NCBI GenBank assembly: GCA_002340765.1
Contig: DDMS01000025.1
Location: forward strand, 1,692 to 65,691
Reading direction: 5' to 3'
Origin: Flavobacteriaceae bacterium UBA2540
GTDB lineage: Bacteria > Bacteroidota > Bacteroidia > Flavobacteriales > Flavobacteriaceae
DNA length: 64,000 nucleotides
Shown in pieces: positions 1-10,711 of the stretch. Both the position numbers and the translations under genes were made by a program. The notes beneath the pieces were generated by a model. That model did no database searches. It saw nothing but the letters and a program-made list of their open reading frames with translations, and was not told the DNA's origin. The stretch's first letter is position 1. Every line of letters starts with the position of its first letter.

Positions 1-1617
1 TTCGTAATTAATACTTTTTTCTGGTTGTTCTCCATCTTGATTTCCAGGAGGTGAAAACCCTTTGTGAACTCCACCAAAAAGGGAAACATCATTGGTGAAT
101 TTATAATTTGCGCCAATTCCGGGTATGAAAACACCTACTGAATTTTCTCTTTCTGATAGATTTGCACCTGTTCTTGTTACATCATTTGTCCCAAAATCTT
201 CTCTTTGTAAAGTGATGTTTTGATAACGAATTCCAGGAGTAAACGTCCAATTTTTATATTTTACTTTGTATGTAATGAAGGACGCAAACGCATTTGCACT
301 TGAAATTCTGTTGGCATCTGTACCTGGAGTTCCAGCAGATGTTAAACTCAATGCTCCTGGAGTAGAAATACTATATTTATCAACCCATTGAAAACGATCT
401 TCCTCATCATAATGAAAACGAGCACCAATTTCTAAATCATGAAAAAGATCTCCTTGATACCAATGATAATCAAACTTTGTTTGTATTCCTTGGGAGTAAT
501 ATTTACGATTGTTAGCTTTTACAGCAACAGCATCAACAGCAGAGTTTACACTTCCATTTACAATGGCAAAATGGTCAGAAAACAACGTAGGATTATCTAA
601 AACATTGGCAATACTTTGTCTGTTTCCATTGAAAGTAATATCGTTTAATTTGTACCAATTTCTTGCAAAATTATTTTGATAAGCAGTCGTTGTCAATCGC
701 ATATTTTCGGAGAAATTCAATTGATGCGTTAGCATATATTGACTATGATTTGTAGTCATTTTGTCTTCATTAGAAGAGGCATATCTTTGAAAAGGATTGG
801 CGTTAAAATCAGCTTCAGACAAGCCCAAATAGGTTTCATTACCCACTTCATCAGAATATTGGAATTTAAATTCCAAAGATTGTTGCACACGTGCATTTGG
901 AAATAAATTTGCTTTGATTTTAGCCACTATATCATTTTTATTGAAACCCGTATTTTTTCCACTTGGCAAGGTTTTAAAACCATCTGAACCATAATTTAAA
1001 TATTCCAAAACATATCCAAAAGCGCCTGAAGTTCCACCAATTTTTGCATTCAATTGATTGGAATTAAAACTACCATGACTTGCTCTAATTTGTCCGCCAA
1101 ATTCAGTTGGTATTTGAGCAGAAATCATATTGATTGCGCCTCCAGTTGTAAAAGGACCATATTGCACTTGGCTACTTCCTTTCAATACTTCTACAGCTTC
1201 CATTCTTGCAATTGTAGGAAAATAATAAGCAGCAGACGCACTGTATGGGGCAGGAGCAATCAAAACACCATCTTCCATAATGGTAATTTTTGAACTTCTT
1301 TCTGGTGATGTTCCGCGTAAACTGATATTTGGACGCAAACCAAAACCATCTTCTTCATAAATTGTAACTCCAGGAACCGTTCTCAAAGCTCTGTTAATGT
1401 CAGTAAAACTGAATTTAGCCAGTTCTTTTTGAGATAGGTAAAAAGCTGACCCTGTTCTATTTTGAGCTACATATTTGTTTCCAAATAAAGTGTTGGTTGA
1501 AATAATTACTTCATCCAATTTCTGTATAGAATCCAATGAAGTTTGTGTTTTTTTCTTTTCTTGAGCAACGAAACTAACTGTAAATAAGATAATTAATGTA
1601 AGAAATAGTCTTCTCAT
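1..1617 (-). CDS. TonB-dependent receptor, FecA-like Fe(III) transporter (5' part; runs off the window start)
   Basis: Manual translation from ATG at 1617: MRRLFLTLIILFTVSFVAQEK...LDEVIIS...RTVPGVTIYEEDGFGLRPNISLRGTSPERSSKITIMEDGVLIAPAPY...EVLKGSSQVQYGPFTTGGAIN, a typical TBDR plug domain. Not in the ORF track because no stop lies inside the window. Confidence 0.92.
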   Translation of the reverse strand, partial: MRRLFLTLIILFTVSFVAQEKKKTQTSLDSIQKLDEVIISTNTLFGNKYVAQNRTGSAFYLSQKELAKFSFTDINRALRTVPGVTIYEEDGFGLRPNISLRGTSPERSSKITIMEDGVLIAPAPYSASAAYYFPTIARMEAVEVLKGSSQVQYGPFTTGGAINMISAQIPTEFGGQIRASHGSFNSNQLNAKIGGTSGAFGYVLEYLNYGSDGFKTLPSGKNTGFNKNDIVAKIKANLFPNARVQQSLEFKFQYSDEVGNETYLGLSEADFNANPFQRYASSNEDKMTTNHSQYMLTHQLNFSENMRLTTTAYQNNFARNWYKLNDITFNGNRQSIANVLDNPTLFSDHFAIVNGSVNSAVDAVAVKANNRKYYSQGIQTKFDYHWYQGDLFHDLEIGARFHYDEEDRFQWVDKYSISTPGALSLTSAGTPGTDANRISSANAFASFITYKVKYKNWTFTPGIRYQNITLQREDFGTNDVTRTGANLSERENSVGVFIPGIGANYKFTNDVSLFGGVHKGFSPPGNQDGEQPEKSINYE

Positions 1618-1618
1618 T

Positions 1619-1641
1619 TTATTTAGATTAACTTTAAATAA
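1619..1641. promoter_or_regulatory. Fur-box-like palindrome 1 (5' UTR of TBDR)
   Basis: TTATTTAGATTAACTTTAAATAA; the 19-bp core matches ATTTAGAATTATTCTAAAT (Fur box reported for Riemerella, recalled from memory) at 15/19; lies next to an iron-receptor start codon. Confidence 0.65.
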
Positions 1642-1656
1642 TATTTTTTTCGAGTG

Positions 1657-1687
1657 CAAATATACAACTCATTGACACATTAACAAA
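1657..1687 (-). promoter_or_regulatory. Bacteroidetes housekeeping-sigma promoter of TBDR
   Basis: Minus strand TTTG (1687-1684), N19, TATATTTG (1664-1657), matching the -33/-7 consensus. Confidence 0.7.
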
Positions 1688-1689
1688 GT

Positions 1690-1712
1690 TTATTTAGAAT
1701 AAATACAAATAA
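1690..1712. promoter_or_regulatory. Fur-box-like palindrome 2 (adjacent to -33 element)
   Basis: TTATTTAGAATAAATACAAATAA; 15/19 core match, same motif as 1619-1641. Confidence 0.65.
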
Positions 1713-2089
1713 TATTTATAACTTATTGAATCTGAAAAAGATACTTAAAATATTTTTTTAAAACGAGTTTTGGTAACAATTCAAAACAGCATCAATAATT
1801 AGCTTATCAAATAAAGAAAATGAAATAAAAATCAGAAAAAAACAGGTATCTTTCCTATTGAAGTAGTACTTTTTCCATTAAAAATTATTTGAAATAGTTA
1901 TTTTTCAACTTTTTTTTAAAAATGTAAAGTAACAATTTTCAGATGATAATTTTCTGTAAGATTGGTTATTATTTTTTTAAATATTTTTGTAGATATAAAA
2001 ATGAAAAATCCATTTGCTATTTTTAGAATTCCCCAAAATAAGTTGATTAAAATACTTAAATTTGCGCCAGAAAAACTCAAAAGGAGATT

Positions 2090-4516
2090 ATGAAAATATC
2101 ATACAATTGGTTGCAACAATTTTTGAATGTAAGTTGGGAAGCTTCTAAAACTGGAGAATTGTTGACTGATTTAGGTTTAGAAGTTGAAGGAATTGAAAAA
2201 GTAGAATCTGTAAAAGGCAGTCTTGAGGGAGTTGTGATTGGTGAAGTTTTGACCTGTATTCAACATCCAAATGCTGATAAACTAAAAGTGACCACTGTTG
2301 ATTTGGGTGATGGAATTCCTGTTCAGATAGTTTGTGGAGCTCCCAATGTTGCTGCTGGTCAAAAAGTACCTGTTGCCACTATTGGAACTACTTTATACAC
2401 TGTAAAAGGAGAAACTTTTATCATTAATAAAAGTAAAATTAGAGGTGAAGAAAGTTATGGAATGATTTGCGCTGAAGACGAACTTGGATTAGGTAAAAGT
2501 CATGATGGAATTATGATTTTAGACAATTCTTTGAAACCAGGAACTCCCGCAGCGAAAGTGTTTAATGTAGTTATGGATTACGTTTTTGAAATTGGTTTAA
2601 CTCCAAATCGATCAGATGCTATGAGTCATTATGGAGTTGCAAGAGATTTGAGAGCAGGTTTGATTCAAAGAGATTTGAAATTGGAATTAATTTCGCCTTC
2701 TGTAAGCAATTTTCATGTAGATGAAAGAACTTTACGAATTGATGTTGAGGTTCCTAACAAAGAATTGGTTGCTCGTTATTGTGGAATTACAATTAATGAC
2801 ATAAAATTAAAAGAATCTCCAAAATGGATTCAAAATAGGTTAAAATCCATAGGAATTAATCCGAAAAATAATATCGTTGACATTACTAATTATGTTTTGC
2901 ACGAACTTGGGCAACCTTTGCACGCTTTTGATGCTCAAAAAATAAATGGAAATAAAATCATTGTAAAAACTTTAGAGGAAGGTACAAAATTTACCACTTT
3001 GGATGGAGTTGAAAGATCCCTCTCCTCTGAAGATATTATGATTTGTGATGCTAATGATAATCCAATTTGTATGGGAGGCGTTTTTGGAGGGTTAAATTCT
3101 GGAGTTTCTGAAAATACAAAATCGATTTTCCTTGAAAGTGCCTATTTTAATCCCATTTTTATCAGAAAAACTGCAAAACGTCATGGGTTGAATACAGATG
3201 CTTCTTTTCGATTTGAAAGAGGAATTGATATCAATATGACTAAATATGCTCTAAAAAGGGCAGCTTTGTTGATTGAAGAATATTCAGGAGGTACATTATC
3301 TTCTGATATTTCAGATTTTTATCCTGTGAAAACTTCCGATTTTGAGGTTTTCCTCTCTTATAAAAACGCTTTTAGATTGATTGGACAATTGATTCCAAAA
3401 GATACCATAAAAAATATTTTGGCGTCTTTAGAAATTAAAATTAATATTGAAACTGAGGGAGGTTTAGGATTGACAATTCCTTCTTACAGAACTGATGTTC
3501 AGCGTGAAGCAGATATTATTGAGGAAATTTTACGAGTTTATGGATATAATAATATTGAATTTTCTTATAAGTTAAACACGTCAATTTCATTTGATAATAA
3601 TGATGAAATTAAAGTTGAAAATATCGTAGCAAATCAATTGACTTCTCTAGGTTTTTATGAAACAATAGCCAATTCATTGACCAAAGATTCTTACATAAAA
3701 TTGAGTGAAAATCTAAGCGAACAATCAAATGTGAAAATTTTAAATCCGTTAAGTAATGATTTAAGTGTAATGCGTCAATCATTGTTATTTTGTGGATTAG
3801 AGTCAGTTGTTTACAATATTAACAGGAAGAATAGTTCTTTAAAGTTGTTTGAATTTGGAAAAACGTATCACAACTTTGAAACAGGTTATAAAGAAGACAA
3901 GCATCTGACGCTTTTTATAACTGGGAATAAAACCAAAGATTCTTGGAATACAATTTCAAAATCAACAGATTTTTTCTTTGTAAAAGGCATTATTACAGCA
4001 ATTCTAAATCGTTTAGGAATCAAAGATTTAAAAAATACGCCTGTTAAAAATGATGTTTTCTCCGAAGGAATTTCCTTGAGTTTGGGAAAAATGATGTTGG
4101 TTGATTTTGGGATTGTAAAACGAACTATTTTAAAAGAATTTGGCATCAAACAAGAAGTTTTATTTGCTGATTTTAATTGGGAAAACGTGTTGAAATTGTC
4201 AAATAGTAAAAACTTTAAAGTACAAGAATTACCAAAATTCCCCCCAGTGAAAAGAGATTTGGCATTATTATTAGATGCGAAAACTGAATTTAAAGATGTT
4301 TATAATTTGGCATTTCAATCAGAAAAAAATCTTTTAAAAGAAGTAGATTTGTTTGATGTTTATGAAGGAAATAATTTACCTGATGGAAAAAAATCATATG
4401 CAGTGAGTTTTGTTTTGCAAGACGAATCTAAGACTTTAGAAGAAAAACAAATTGACAAAATCATGCAGAAATTACAGCAAACTTTTGAGAAAAATTTAAA
4501 TGCTGTTTTAAGATAA
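2090..4516 (+). CDS. pheT: phenylalanine--tRNA ligase beta subunit
   Basis: 808 aa; MKISYNWL start, tRNA-binding OB domain ([15 protein letters not shown]), TPNRSD, FERG, C-terminal FDX-ACB domain. Confidence 0.98.
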   Translation: MKISYNWLQQFLNVSWEASKTGELLTDLGLEVEGIEKVESVKGSLEGVVIGEVLTCIQHPNADKLKVTTVDLGDGIPVQIVCGAPNVAAGQKVPVATIGTTLYTVKGETFIINKSKIRGEESYGMICAEDELGLGKSHDGIMILDNSLKPGTPAAKVFNVVMDYVFEIGLTPNRSDAMSHYGVARDLRAGLIQRDLKLELISPSVSNFHVDERTLRIDVEVPNKELVARYCGITINDIKLKESPKWIQNRLKSIGINPKNNIVDITNYVLHELGQPLHAFDAQKINGNKIIVKTLEEGTKFTTLDGVERSLSSEDIMICDANDNPICMGGVFGGLNSGVSENTKSIFLESAYFNPIFIRKTAKRHGLNTDASFRFERGIDINMTKYALKRAALLIEEYSGGTLSSDISDFYPVKTSDFEVFLSYKNAFRLIGQLIPKDTIKNILASLEIKINIETEGGLGLTIPSYRTDVQREADIIEEILRVYGYNNIEFSYKLNTSISFDNNDEIKVENIVANQLTSLGFYETIANSLTKDSYIKLSENLSEQSNVKILNPLSNDLSVMRQSLLFCGLESVVYNINRKNSSLKLFEFGKTYHNFETGYKEDKHLTLFITGNKTKDSWNTISKSTDFFFVKGIITAILNRLGIKDLKNTPVKNDVFSEGISLSLGKMMLVDFGIVKRTILKEFGIKQEVLFADFNWENVLKLSNSKNFKVQELPKFPPVKRDLALLLDAKTEFKDVYNLAFQSEKNLLKEVDLFDVYEGNNLPDGKKSYAVSFVLQDESKTLEEKQIDKIMQKLQQTFEKNLNAVLR

Positions 4517-4521
4517 CTTTT

Positions 4522-4545
4522 AAGCTTCATTTTGGAGCTTTTTTT
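4522..4545 (+). terminator. intrinsic terminator after pheT
   Basis: AAGCTTC-ATTTT-GGAGCTT stem followed by a T run. Confidence 0.55.
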
Positions 4546-4557
4546 ATATTTGACATT

Positions 4558-5592
4558 ATGTATAAGAATATTATAAGACCCTTTTTATTTCTTTTTGACC
4601 CTGAAAAAGTCCATTATTTTACTTTTTCTTTAATTGCTTTTGTATCTAAAATTCCTTTCATTCAAAATTTATTTCGAAGTTTTTATCAACTGAATGATGT
4701 TAGATTAGAAAGAAAATTATTTGGGCTTACTTTTAAAAATCCTGTTGGTTTGGCTGCTGGATTTGATAAAAATGCAGTTTTATATAATGAACTTGCCAAT
4801 TTTGGTTTTGGATTTATTGAAATAGGAACTGTTACTCCAAAAGCTCAAGATGGGAATCCCAAAAAACGATTATTTCGTTTAATTGAAGACACAGGAATTA
4901 TCAATAGAATGGGTTTTAATAATAAAGGTTTAAAATCTGTTATTGAGCAACTTAAAAAAAATAAACACCAAGTAATTATAGGCGGAAATATTGGAAAAAA
5001 TACGCAAACTATTCCCGAAAATTATACGGCTGATTATTTAGAATGTTTTGAAGAATTACATCCTTTTGTAGATTATTTTGTGCTAAATGTGAGTTGTCCA
5101 AATGTTGGAAGTCACGCAAAATTAAATGACAAAGATTATTTAATTTCTTTTATAACTGCTTGTCAGAAACTAAATAATGAGCAAAAAATTCAAAAACCAA
5201 TCTTGCTGAAAATTGCTCCTGATTTAAATAATCACCAATTGGATGAAATTATTGAGTTGGTTGCTGTAACTAAGATTGATGGCGTAATTGCTTCAAATAC
5301 CTCAACAACTAGAGAGAATCTAAAAACTTCTAAAGTTGAAATTAAAAAAATTGGTTTTGGTGGATTAAGCGGAAAACCTATCACAGCACAAAGTACAAAA
5401 GTGATCAAATATTTGTCTGAGAATTCTAAAAAATCTTTTCCAATTATTGGAGTTGGAGGTATTCATTCTGAAAAAGACGCTTTAGAAAAAATAAATGCAG
5501 GTGCTGATTTAGTTCAACTATATACGGGTTTTATTTATGAAGGTCCCAGTTTGATAAAACGCATCAATAAAGAGATTTTAAAGCATATATAA
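4558..5592 (+). CDS. pyrD: quinone-dependent dihydroorotate dehydrogenase
   Basis: [38 protein letters not shown] motifs. Confidence 0.97.
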   Translation: MYKNIIRPFLFLFDPEKVHYFTFSLIAFVSKIPFIQNLFRSFYQLNDVRLERKLFGLTFKNPVGLAAGFDKNAVLYNELANFGFGFIEIGTVTPKAQDGNPKKRLFRLIEDTGIINRMGFNNKGLKSVIEQLKKNKHQVIIGGNIGKNTQTIPENYTADYLECFEELHPFVDYFVLNVSCPNVGSHAKLNDKDYLISFITACQKLNNEQKIQKPILLKIAPDLNNHQLDEIIELVAVTKIDGVIASNTSTTRENLKTSKVEIKKIGFGGLSGKPITAQSTKVIKYLSENSKKSFPIIGVGGIHSEKDALEKINAGADLVQLYTGFIYEGPSLIKRINKEILKHI

Positions 5593-5595
5593 CCA

Positions 5596-6210
5596 ATGAT
5601 TGAAACGCTGATTTCCTTTGTATTTGCAGCTTCAATTTTAGCAATTTCACCTGGACCTGATAATATCTTTGTGTTGACACAAAGCATCGTTAATGGAATA
5701 AAGTATGGTTTCGCAACTATTTTTGGCTTGATGACAGGTTGTTTGATTCATACTTCTCTGGTTGCTTTTGGTGTTTCTTCTTTGATTAAAGATAATGAAA
5801 ATTTGTTTTTTGCGTTGAAATTGCTTGGAGCAATTTACCTTATTTATCTTGCTTACCAAGTGTTTAATAGTGATGCTAAAATTTCATTTTCAACTGAAAA
5901 TGTTGCTCAAAAAACAACCAGTCAACTTTTTAAAATAGGCTTTTTGATGAATGTCCTAAATCCAAAAGTCACTATTTTTTTCTTGGCATTTTTTCCTCAG
6001 TTTTTATTTTCTAATGAAATTTCAACTCTTGTTCAATTTTATGTTTTAGGATTGATTTTTATGTTCGTTTCTTTTTTTGTTTTTGGGAGTATTGCAATAT
6101 TTGGAGGCAAAATTTCAACTTATTTAAAACAGCAAAATAATATTGGCTTGGTATTAAAATGGGCTCAAATTGTTGTTTTTTTCGGAATTGCAGTGTTGAT
6201 TTTAATTTAG
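5596..6210 (+). CDS. LysE/RhtB family translocator
   Basis: SPGPDN N-terminal motif, LNPKV motif, hydrophobic helices. Confidence 0.92.
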   Translation: MIETLISFVFAASILAISPGPDNIFVLTQSIVNGIKYGFATIFGLMTGCLIHTSLVAFGVSSLIKDNENLFFALKLLGAIYLIYLAYQVFNSDAKISFSTENVAQKTTSQLFKIGFLMNVLNPKVTIFFLAFFPQFLFSNEISTLVQFYVLGLIFMFVSFFVFGSIAIFGGKISTYLKQQNNIGLVLKWAQIVVFFGIAVLILI

Positions 6211-6332
6211 ATTCTAAAGAAAATCAATTTAATTGTATTTTTCTTAAAAAAGTAGTTTACAATTTTAAAATCTAATAATTTTCATCCTATAATTATTTCA
6301 GAAATACGTTTCTTTATTTATCTTTGAGTTTG

Positions 6333-7187
6333 ATGAAACAAGTAAAAATTATAGAATGTCCGCGAGATGCCATGCAAGGCATAAAAAGTCATTTTATTCC
6401 TACCGAAAAAAAGGCATTATATATCAATTCTTTATTGAATGTTGGCTTTGATACGATTGATTTTGGCAGTTTTGTTTCGCCAAAAGCCATTCCTCAAATG
6501 AGAGATACTGGTGAAGTTTTATCACTATTAAATTTGTCAAGAACTCAAACAAAATTATTAGCAATAGTAGCAAATACAAAAGGAGCAATTGACGCTTCTA
6601 AGTTTGAGGAAATCAATTATTTAGGTTTTCCTTTTTCTATTTCTGAAAACTTTCAAATGAGAAATACACATAAAACTATTGATGAATCCATTAAAAGTTT
6701 GAACGAAATTTTTGAAATTGCTACAAAAACGAATAAAGAAGTAGTTGCATATTTGTCAATGGGATTTGGAAATCCTTATGGAGATCCTTGGAATTTAGAA
6801 ATTGTAGGAAATTGGATAGGAAAATTAGCCAAAATGGGCGTCAAAATTCTATCACTTTCTGATACAATTGGTAGTTCAACTCCAGAAGTAATTGATTATT
6901 TGTTTTCAAATTTGATTCCAAAATATCCAGGAATTGAATTTGGTGCACACTTGCACACAACTCAAGACAAATGGTTTGAAAAAGTAAATGCGGCATACAA
7001 AGCAGGTTGTATTCGTTTTGACGGTGCAATTATGGGTTTTGGTGGGTGTCCAATGGCAAAAGACGAATTGACAGGAAACATGCCCACTGAAAAATTACTG
7101 AGTTATTTTACTGCCCAAAAAGTAAACACCAATATAAAACCAATGAGTTTTGAAAGTGCCTATAACAAAGCATTGGAAATTTTTTAA
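6333..7187 (+). CDS. hydroxymethylglutaryl-CoA lyase
   Basis: ECPRDAMQG, DTIG, GAHLH, GGCPMA, GNMPTE motifs; ATG at 6333 preferred over TTG at 6324. Confidence 0.92.
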   Translation: MKQVKIIECPRDAMQGIKSHFIPTEKKALYINSLLNVGFDTIDFGSFVSPKAIPQMRDTGEVLSLLNLSRTQTKLLAIVANTKGAIDASKFEEINYLGFPFSISENFQMRNTHKTIDESIKSLNEIFEIATKTNKEVVAYLSMGFGNPYGDPWNLEIVGNWIGKLAKMGVKILSLSDTIGSSTPEVIDYLFSNLIPKYPGIEFGAHLHTTQDKWFEKVNAAYKAGCIRFDGAIMGFGGCPMAKDELTGNMPTEKLLSYFTAQKVNTNIKPMSFESAYNKALEIF

Positions 7188-7211
7188 TAAAATTTCTCTA
7201 AAATAATAAAA

Positions 7212-8717
7212 ATGAAAAATTTCAATACCATCCTGATTTTATTAAGCTTTAGTATTCTTTTTTCTTGTAAAAAAGACGATCATAAAATCGAATTTACCTT
7301 TTTACAACTCAATGATGTGTATGAAATTGCGCCTATTCAAGGAGGAAAATTTGGTGGAATGGCAAGAGTAGAAACATTGCACCAACAATTGTTGCAAGAA
7401 AACAAAAATACGTTGCTTGTCATGGCTGGAGATTTTTTAAATCCTTCATTGTTAGGAACTTTAAAGGTTGATAATGAGCGAGTTTTAGGAAAACAAATGA
7501 TTGAAGTGATGAATGCCATGAAATTTGATGTGGTTGCTTTCGGAAATCACGAGTTTGATTTGTCTCAAAAAGACTTGCAAAATCGCATTAACGAAAGTCA
7601 TTTTCCTTGGATTTCTGCCAATGTAAAATTGGCGTCTAAAAACGACACAATTTCATTTTTCAAAGAAATTGAAGGCAAGAAAACTCCTTTAAAAGAGTAT
7701 TTTATAAAAGAATTTTCGGATAAAGATGGAACAAAAATCAAAGTAGGATTTATCAGTGTTTGTATTCCTTCTAACCCAAAAGATTATGTTGCTTATGAAA
7801 ACATGTTTGTAAAAGCAAGAAATTCCTATAAAATTATAAAAGACAGTGTGAATGTAGTTTTTGGATTAACACATGTAAAAATAGTAAACGATAAAAGAAT
7901 AGCACAATTATTACCAAATATTCCACTAATTATGGGTGGTCATGAACATACAAATATGGCTGTTCCTGTTGGAAATTCGATAATAACTAAAGCAGATGCT
8001 AACGCAAAAACAGCTTATATACATAGAATTTCTTATGATAAAAAATCAAAAAAAGCGACAATAAAATCGGAATTAAAAGAGATTAATGATGCATTGCAAG
8101 AAGATACAATTGTGGGCGAAATTGTTGAAAAATGGCAAGATATTTTAAACGAAAACATTAAAAAGATTATCAAAAATCCGAACGAAATTATTCATACAGC
8201 CACTATTGATTTGGACGGAAGAGACACTCCAATAAGAAGCGAACAAACGAATCTTGGTGAACTTATAACAAAATCGATGTCTTATTCGTTTGATAATCAA
8301 GTAGATTGTGCTTTGGTGAATGGTGGTTCTATTCGGATTGATGATGTTTTGCAAGGTGAAATTATGGCAGTTGATATTTTTAGAGTGTTGCCTTATGGAG
8401 GTGCTATTTTAAAAGTTAATCTCAAAGGAAGATTATTAAAAAAAGTGTTGGATTATGGTAATTTGGCTTTAGGAACTGGAGCTTATTTGCAAAGATTTAA
8501 TGCTGAAAAAGTAAGGGAAAAGTGGATGATAAAAAACAAAGAGTTAGATATCACAAAATCTTATACAGTTGCTTTTTCTGATTATTTACTAAAAGGTTTT
8601 GATATTCCTTTTTTGAACGATCAAAACAAAGAAGTAAATTATATTTATACACCAAATCCTGATGAAATTGCTTTTGATATTAGAAAAGCAGTGATTTCTT
8701 ACTTAAAAGAAAAATAA
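7212..8717 (+). CDS. bifunctional metallophosphatase/5'-nucleotidase (lipoprotein)
   Basis: Lipobox LFSC; NDVYE, AGDFL, GNHEFD, GGHEH motifs; 5'-nucleotidase C-terminal domain. Confidence 0.93.
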   Translation: MKNFNTILILLSFSILFSCKKDDHKIEFTFLQLNDVYEIAPIQGGKFGGMARVETLHQQLLQENKNTLLVMAGDFLNPSLLGTLKVDNERVLGKQMIEVMNAMKFDVVAFGNHEFDLSQKDLQNRINESHFPWISANVKLASKNDTISFFKEIEGKKTPLKEYFIKEFSDKDGTKIKVGFISVCIPSNPKDYVAYENMFVKARNSYKIIKDSVNVVFGLTHVKIVNDKRIAQLLPNIPLIMGGHEHTNMAVPVGNSIITKADANAKTAYIHRISYDKKSKKATIKSELKEINDALQEDTIVGEIVEKWQDILNENIKKIIKNPNEIIHTATIDLDGRDTPIRSEQTNLGELITKSMSYSFDNQVDCALVNGGSIRIDDVLQGEIMAVDIFRVLPYGGAILKVNLKGRLLKKVLDYGNLALGTGAYLQRFNAEKVREKWMIKNKELDITKSYTVAFSDYLLKGFDIPFLNDQNKEVNYIYTPNPDEIAFDIRKAVISYLKEK

Positions 8718-8766
8718 AAAAAAATTCACAATTTGTGAAGGTTTTTTTCAAATTTATATACAATTT

Positions 8767-10575
8767 TTATTTTCTTTTTCTTCCAAAACCACCAGCATTT
8801 CTATCTACTGAACTTTTTGGACGATCACTTAATTTTCTATCTATTCTTTTTCTTACACCAAAATCAGTTGGTTTTTTACTTGTATTTTCATCACTTCTTC
8901 TTCTTCCAAAACCACTATCTTTTTTTGCAAATGGTTTTTTTCCATCTTTTCTTTCGTAACCATTAGAACGTTCTTTTTTCGTGATTTCGATATTTACAGA
9001 TCGTCCATCAAAATCAGGTTGGTTTCTTAAAAATGCCTCTAACGTTTTGTCTTCGAAATTTTTATCGATTTCAAAAAACGAAAAAGTATCTAAAATATCA
9101 ATGGCTCCAATTTCAATTTTGTCTCCAATTTTTTGATCGTTGATTAATCCAATTAATTTTGCAGGATTCAAATTGTCTTTTCTACCAATATTGATAAAAA
9201 ATCGAGTCATATTATCACTTGTTGCTCTTGTTCTTGAGCTATCTCTAGAAATATCGTTCAAATCTTTTGAGTTTTTGTAGTAAGAAAGGAACGTATTAAA
9301 TTCAAGTGAAACAAATTTTTGAATCAATTCTTCTCTTGAAAAATCAGCTAATTTTTTATAGATGCTCGGTAAAAAATCATCAATTTCAGCAGTATTGACA
9401 ACCGTATTTTGAACTCTATCAATCAAGTGCATTAATTGATTTTGGCAAATTTCTTTTCCTGAAGGAACTCTAGTTTCAATAAATTTTTTATTGATAATTC
9501 TTTCAATTGGTCTTAATTTTCCTTTTTCTTTATTATTTACTAAAACTATTGAAATTCCTTTTTTTCCCGCCCTTCCAGTTCTTCCACTTCTGTGGTTATA
9601 ATTTTCAATTTGGTCTGGTAATTTATGGTTAATGATGTGTGTTAAATTATTCACATCGATTCCACGAGCAGCAACATCAGTAGCTACTAATAATTGCACA
9701 CTTTTATTGTGAAATTTATCCATCACAGAATCTCTTTGCGCTTGTGATAAATCACCATGCAAAGCATCAGCATTATATCCGTCTTTGATTAACTTATCCG
9801 CAACTTCTTGTGTTTCTCGTCTTGTTCTACAGAAAATAATTCCATAAATATCAGGATTTAAATCTGCAATTCTTTTTAATGCAAGATAACGAGTGCTTTC
9901 GTTTACCAAATAATATTCGTGACTTACATTATCTGAACTTTCATTTTTTTGCCCAGAAGTAATTTCTACTGGTTTGGTCATATAATTTCTTGAAATTGCT
10001 TCAACTTCTGCAGGAAATGTTGCAGAAAATAACAAAGTTTGTTTTGATTTTGGAGTAGCTTGAAGAATATTATCCAATTCTTCTTTGAAACCCATATTCA
10101 ACATTTCATCAGCTTCATCTAACACTAACCACTCAATATTACCAAGTTTTAAAGCTCTTCTGTTGATTAAATCTACAGCTCTTCCTGGAGTTCCAATAAC
10201 GATTTGAGCTCCTTTGCTCAAAGCTCTAATTTGTTCTTCAATACTTGCACCACCATAAACTGTAACAACTTTCATTTTTTTCATATATTTTGAAAAATCT
10301 TGAATGTTTTTACCAATTTGAACTGCTAATTCTCTTGTTGGTGATAAAATAATTGCTTGTGTATTTGAATTATTTTCATCAATTAATTGCAAGATAGGTA
10401 AACTAAAAGCAGCAGTTTTACCTGTTCCTGTTTGTGCGAATGCTTTTAAATCGCTTCTTGATGAAATAATTTGTGGAATTGCTTTTTCTTGAATAACTGT
10501 AGGTTTTTCATAACCTAAGTCTAATAATGCTTTGGTAATAGGTTCTTTTAAACCTAACTCTAAAAATGTTGACAT
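8767..10575 (-). CDS. DEAD-box RNA helicase (DeaD/CsdA-like, with DbpA RNA-binding domain)
   Basis: AQTGTGKT, PTRELA, DEAD, SAT, ARGID, HRSGRTGR motifs; basic C-terminal tail. Confidence 0.96.
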   Translation of the reverse strand: MSTFLELGLKEPITKALLDLGYEKPTVIQEKAIPQIISSRSDLKAFAQTGTGKTAAFSLPILQLIDENNSNTQAIILSPTRELAVQIGKNIQDFSKYMKKMKVVTVYGGASIEEQIRALSKGAQIVIGTPGRAVDLINRRALKLGNIEWLVLDEADEMLNMGFKEELDNILQATPKSKQTLLFSATFPAEVEAISRNYMTKPVEITSGQKNESSDNVSHEYYLVNESTRYLALKRIADLNPDIYGIIFCRTRRETQEVADKLIKDGYNADALHGDLSQAQRDSVMDKFHNKSVQLLVATDVAARGIDVNNLTHIINHKLPDQIENYNHRSGRTGRAGKKGISIVLVNNKEKGKLRPIERIINKKFIETRVPSGKEICQNQLMHLIDRVQNTVVNTAEIDDFLPSIYKKLADFSREELIQKFVSLEFNTFLSYYKNSKDLNDISRDSSRTRATSDNMTRFFINIGRKDNLNPAKLIGLINDQKIGDKIEIGAIDILDTFSFFEIDKNFEDKTLEAFLRNQPDFDGRSVNIEITKKERSNGYERKDGKKPFAKKDSGFGRRRSDENTSKKPTDFGVRKRIDRKLSDRPKSSVDRNAGGFGRKRK

Positions 10576-10711
10576 GCTGTGTTTTTTTTAGATTCACAGA
10601 CGCCCACCCGTAAATCCGATTATTAATTCGGCTTGATTTTCTGCGTATTTATCTCGCTAGAAATTTTGTGCAAAGGTAAACTAAATTAAATAGATAGCAA
10701 TAAATAATTAA

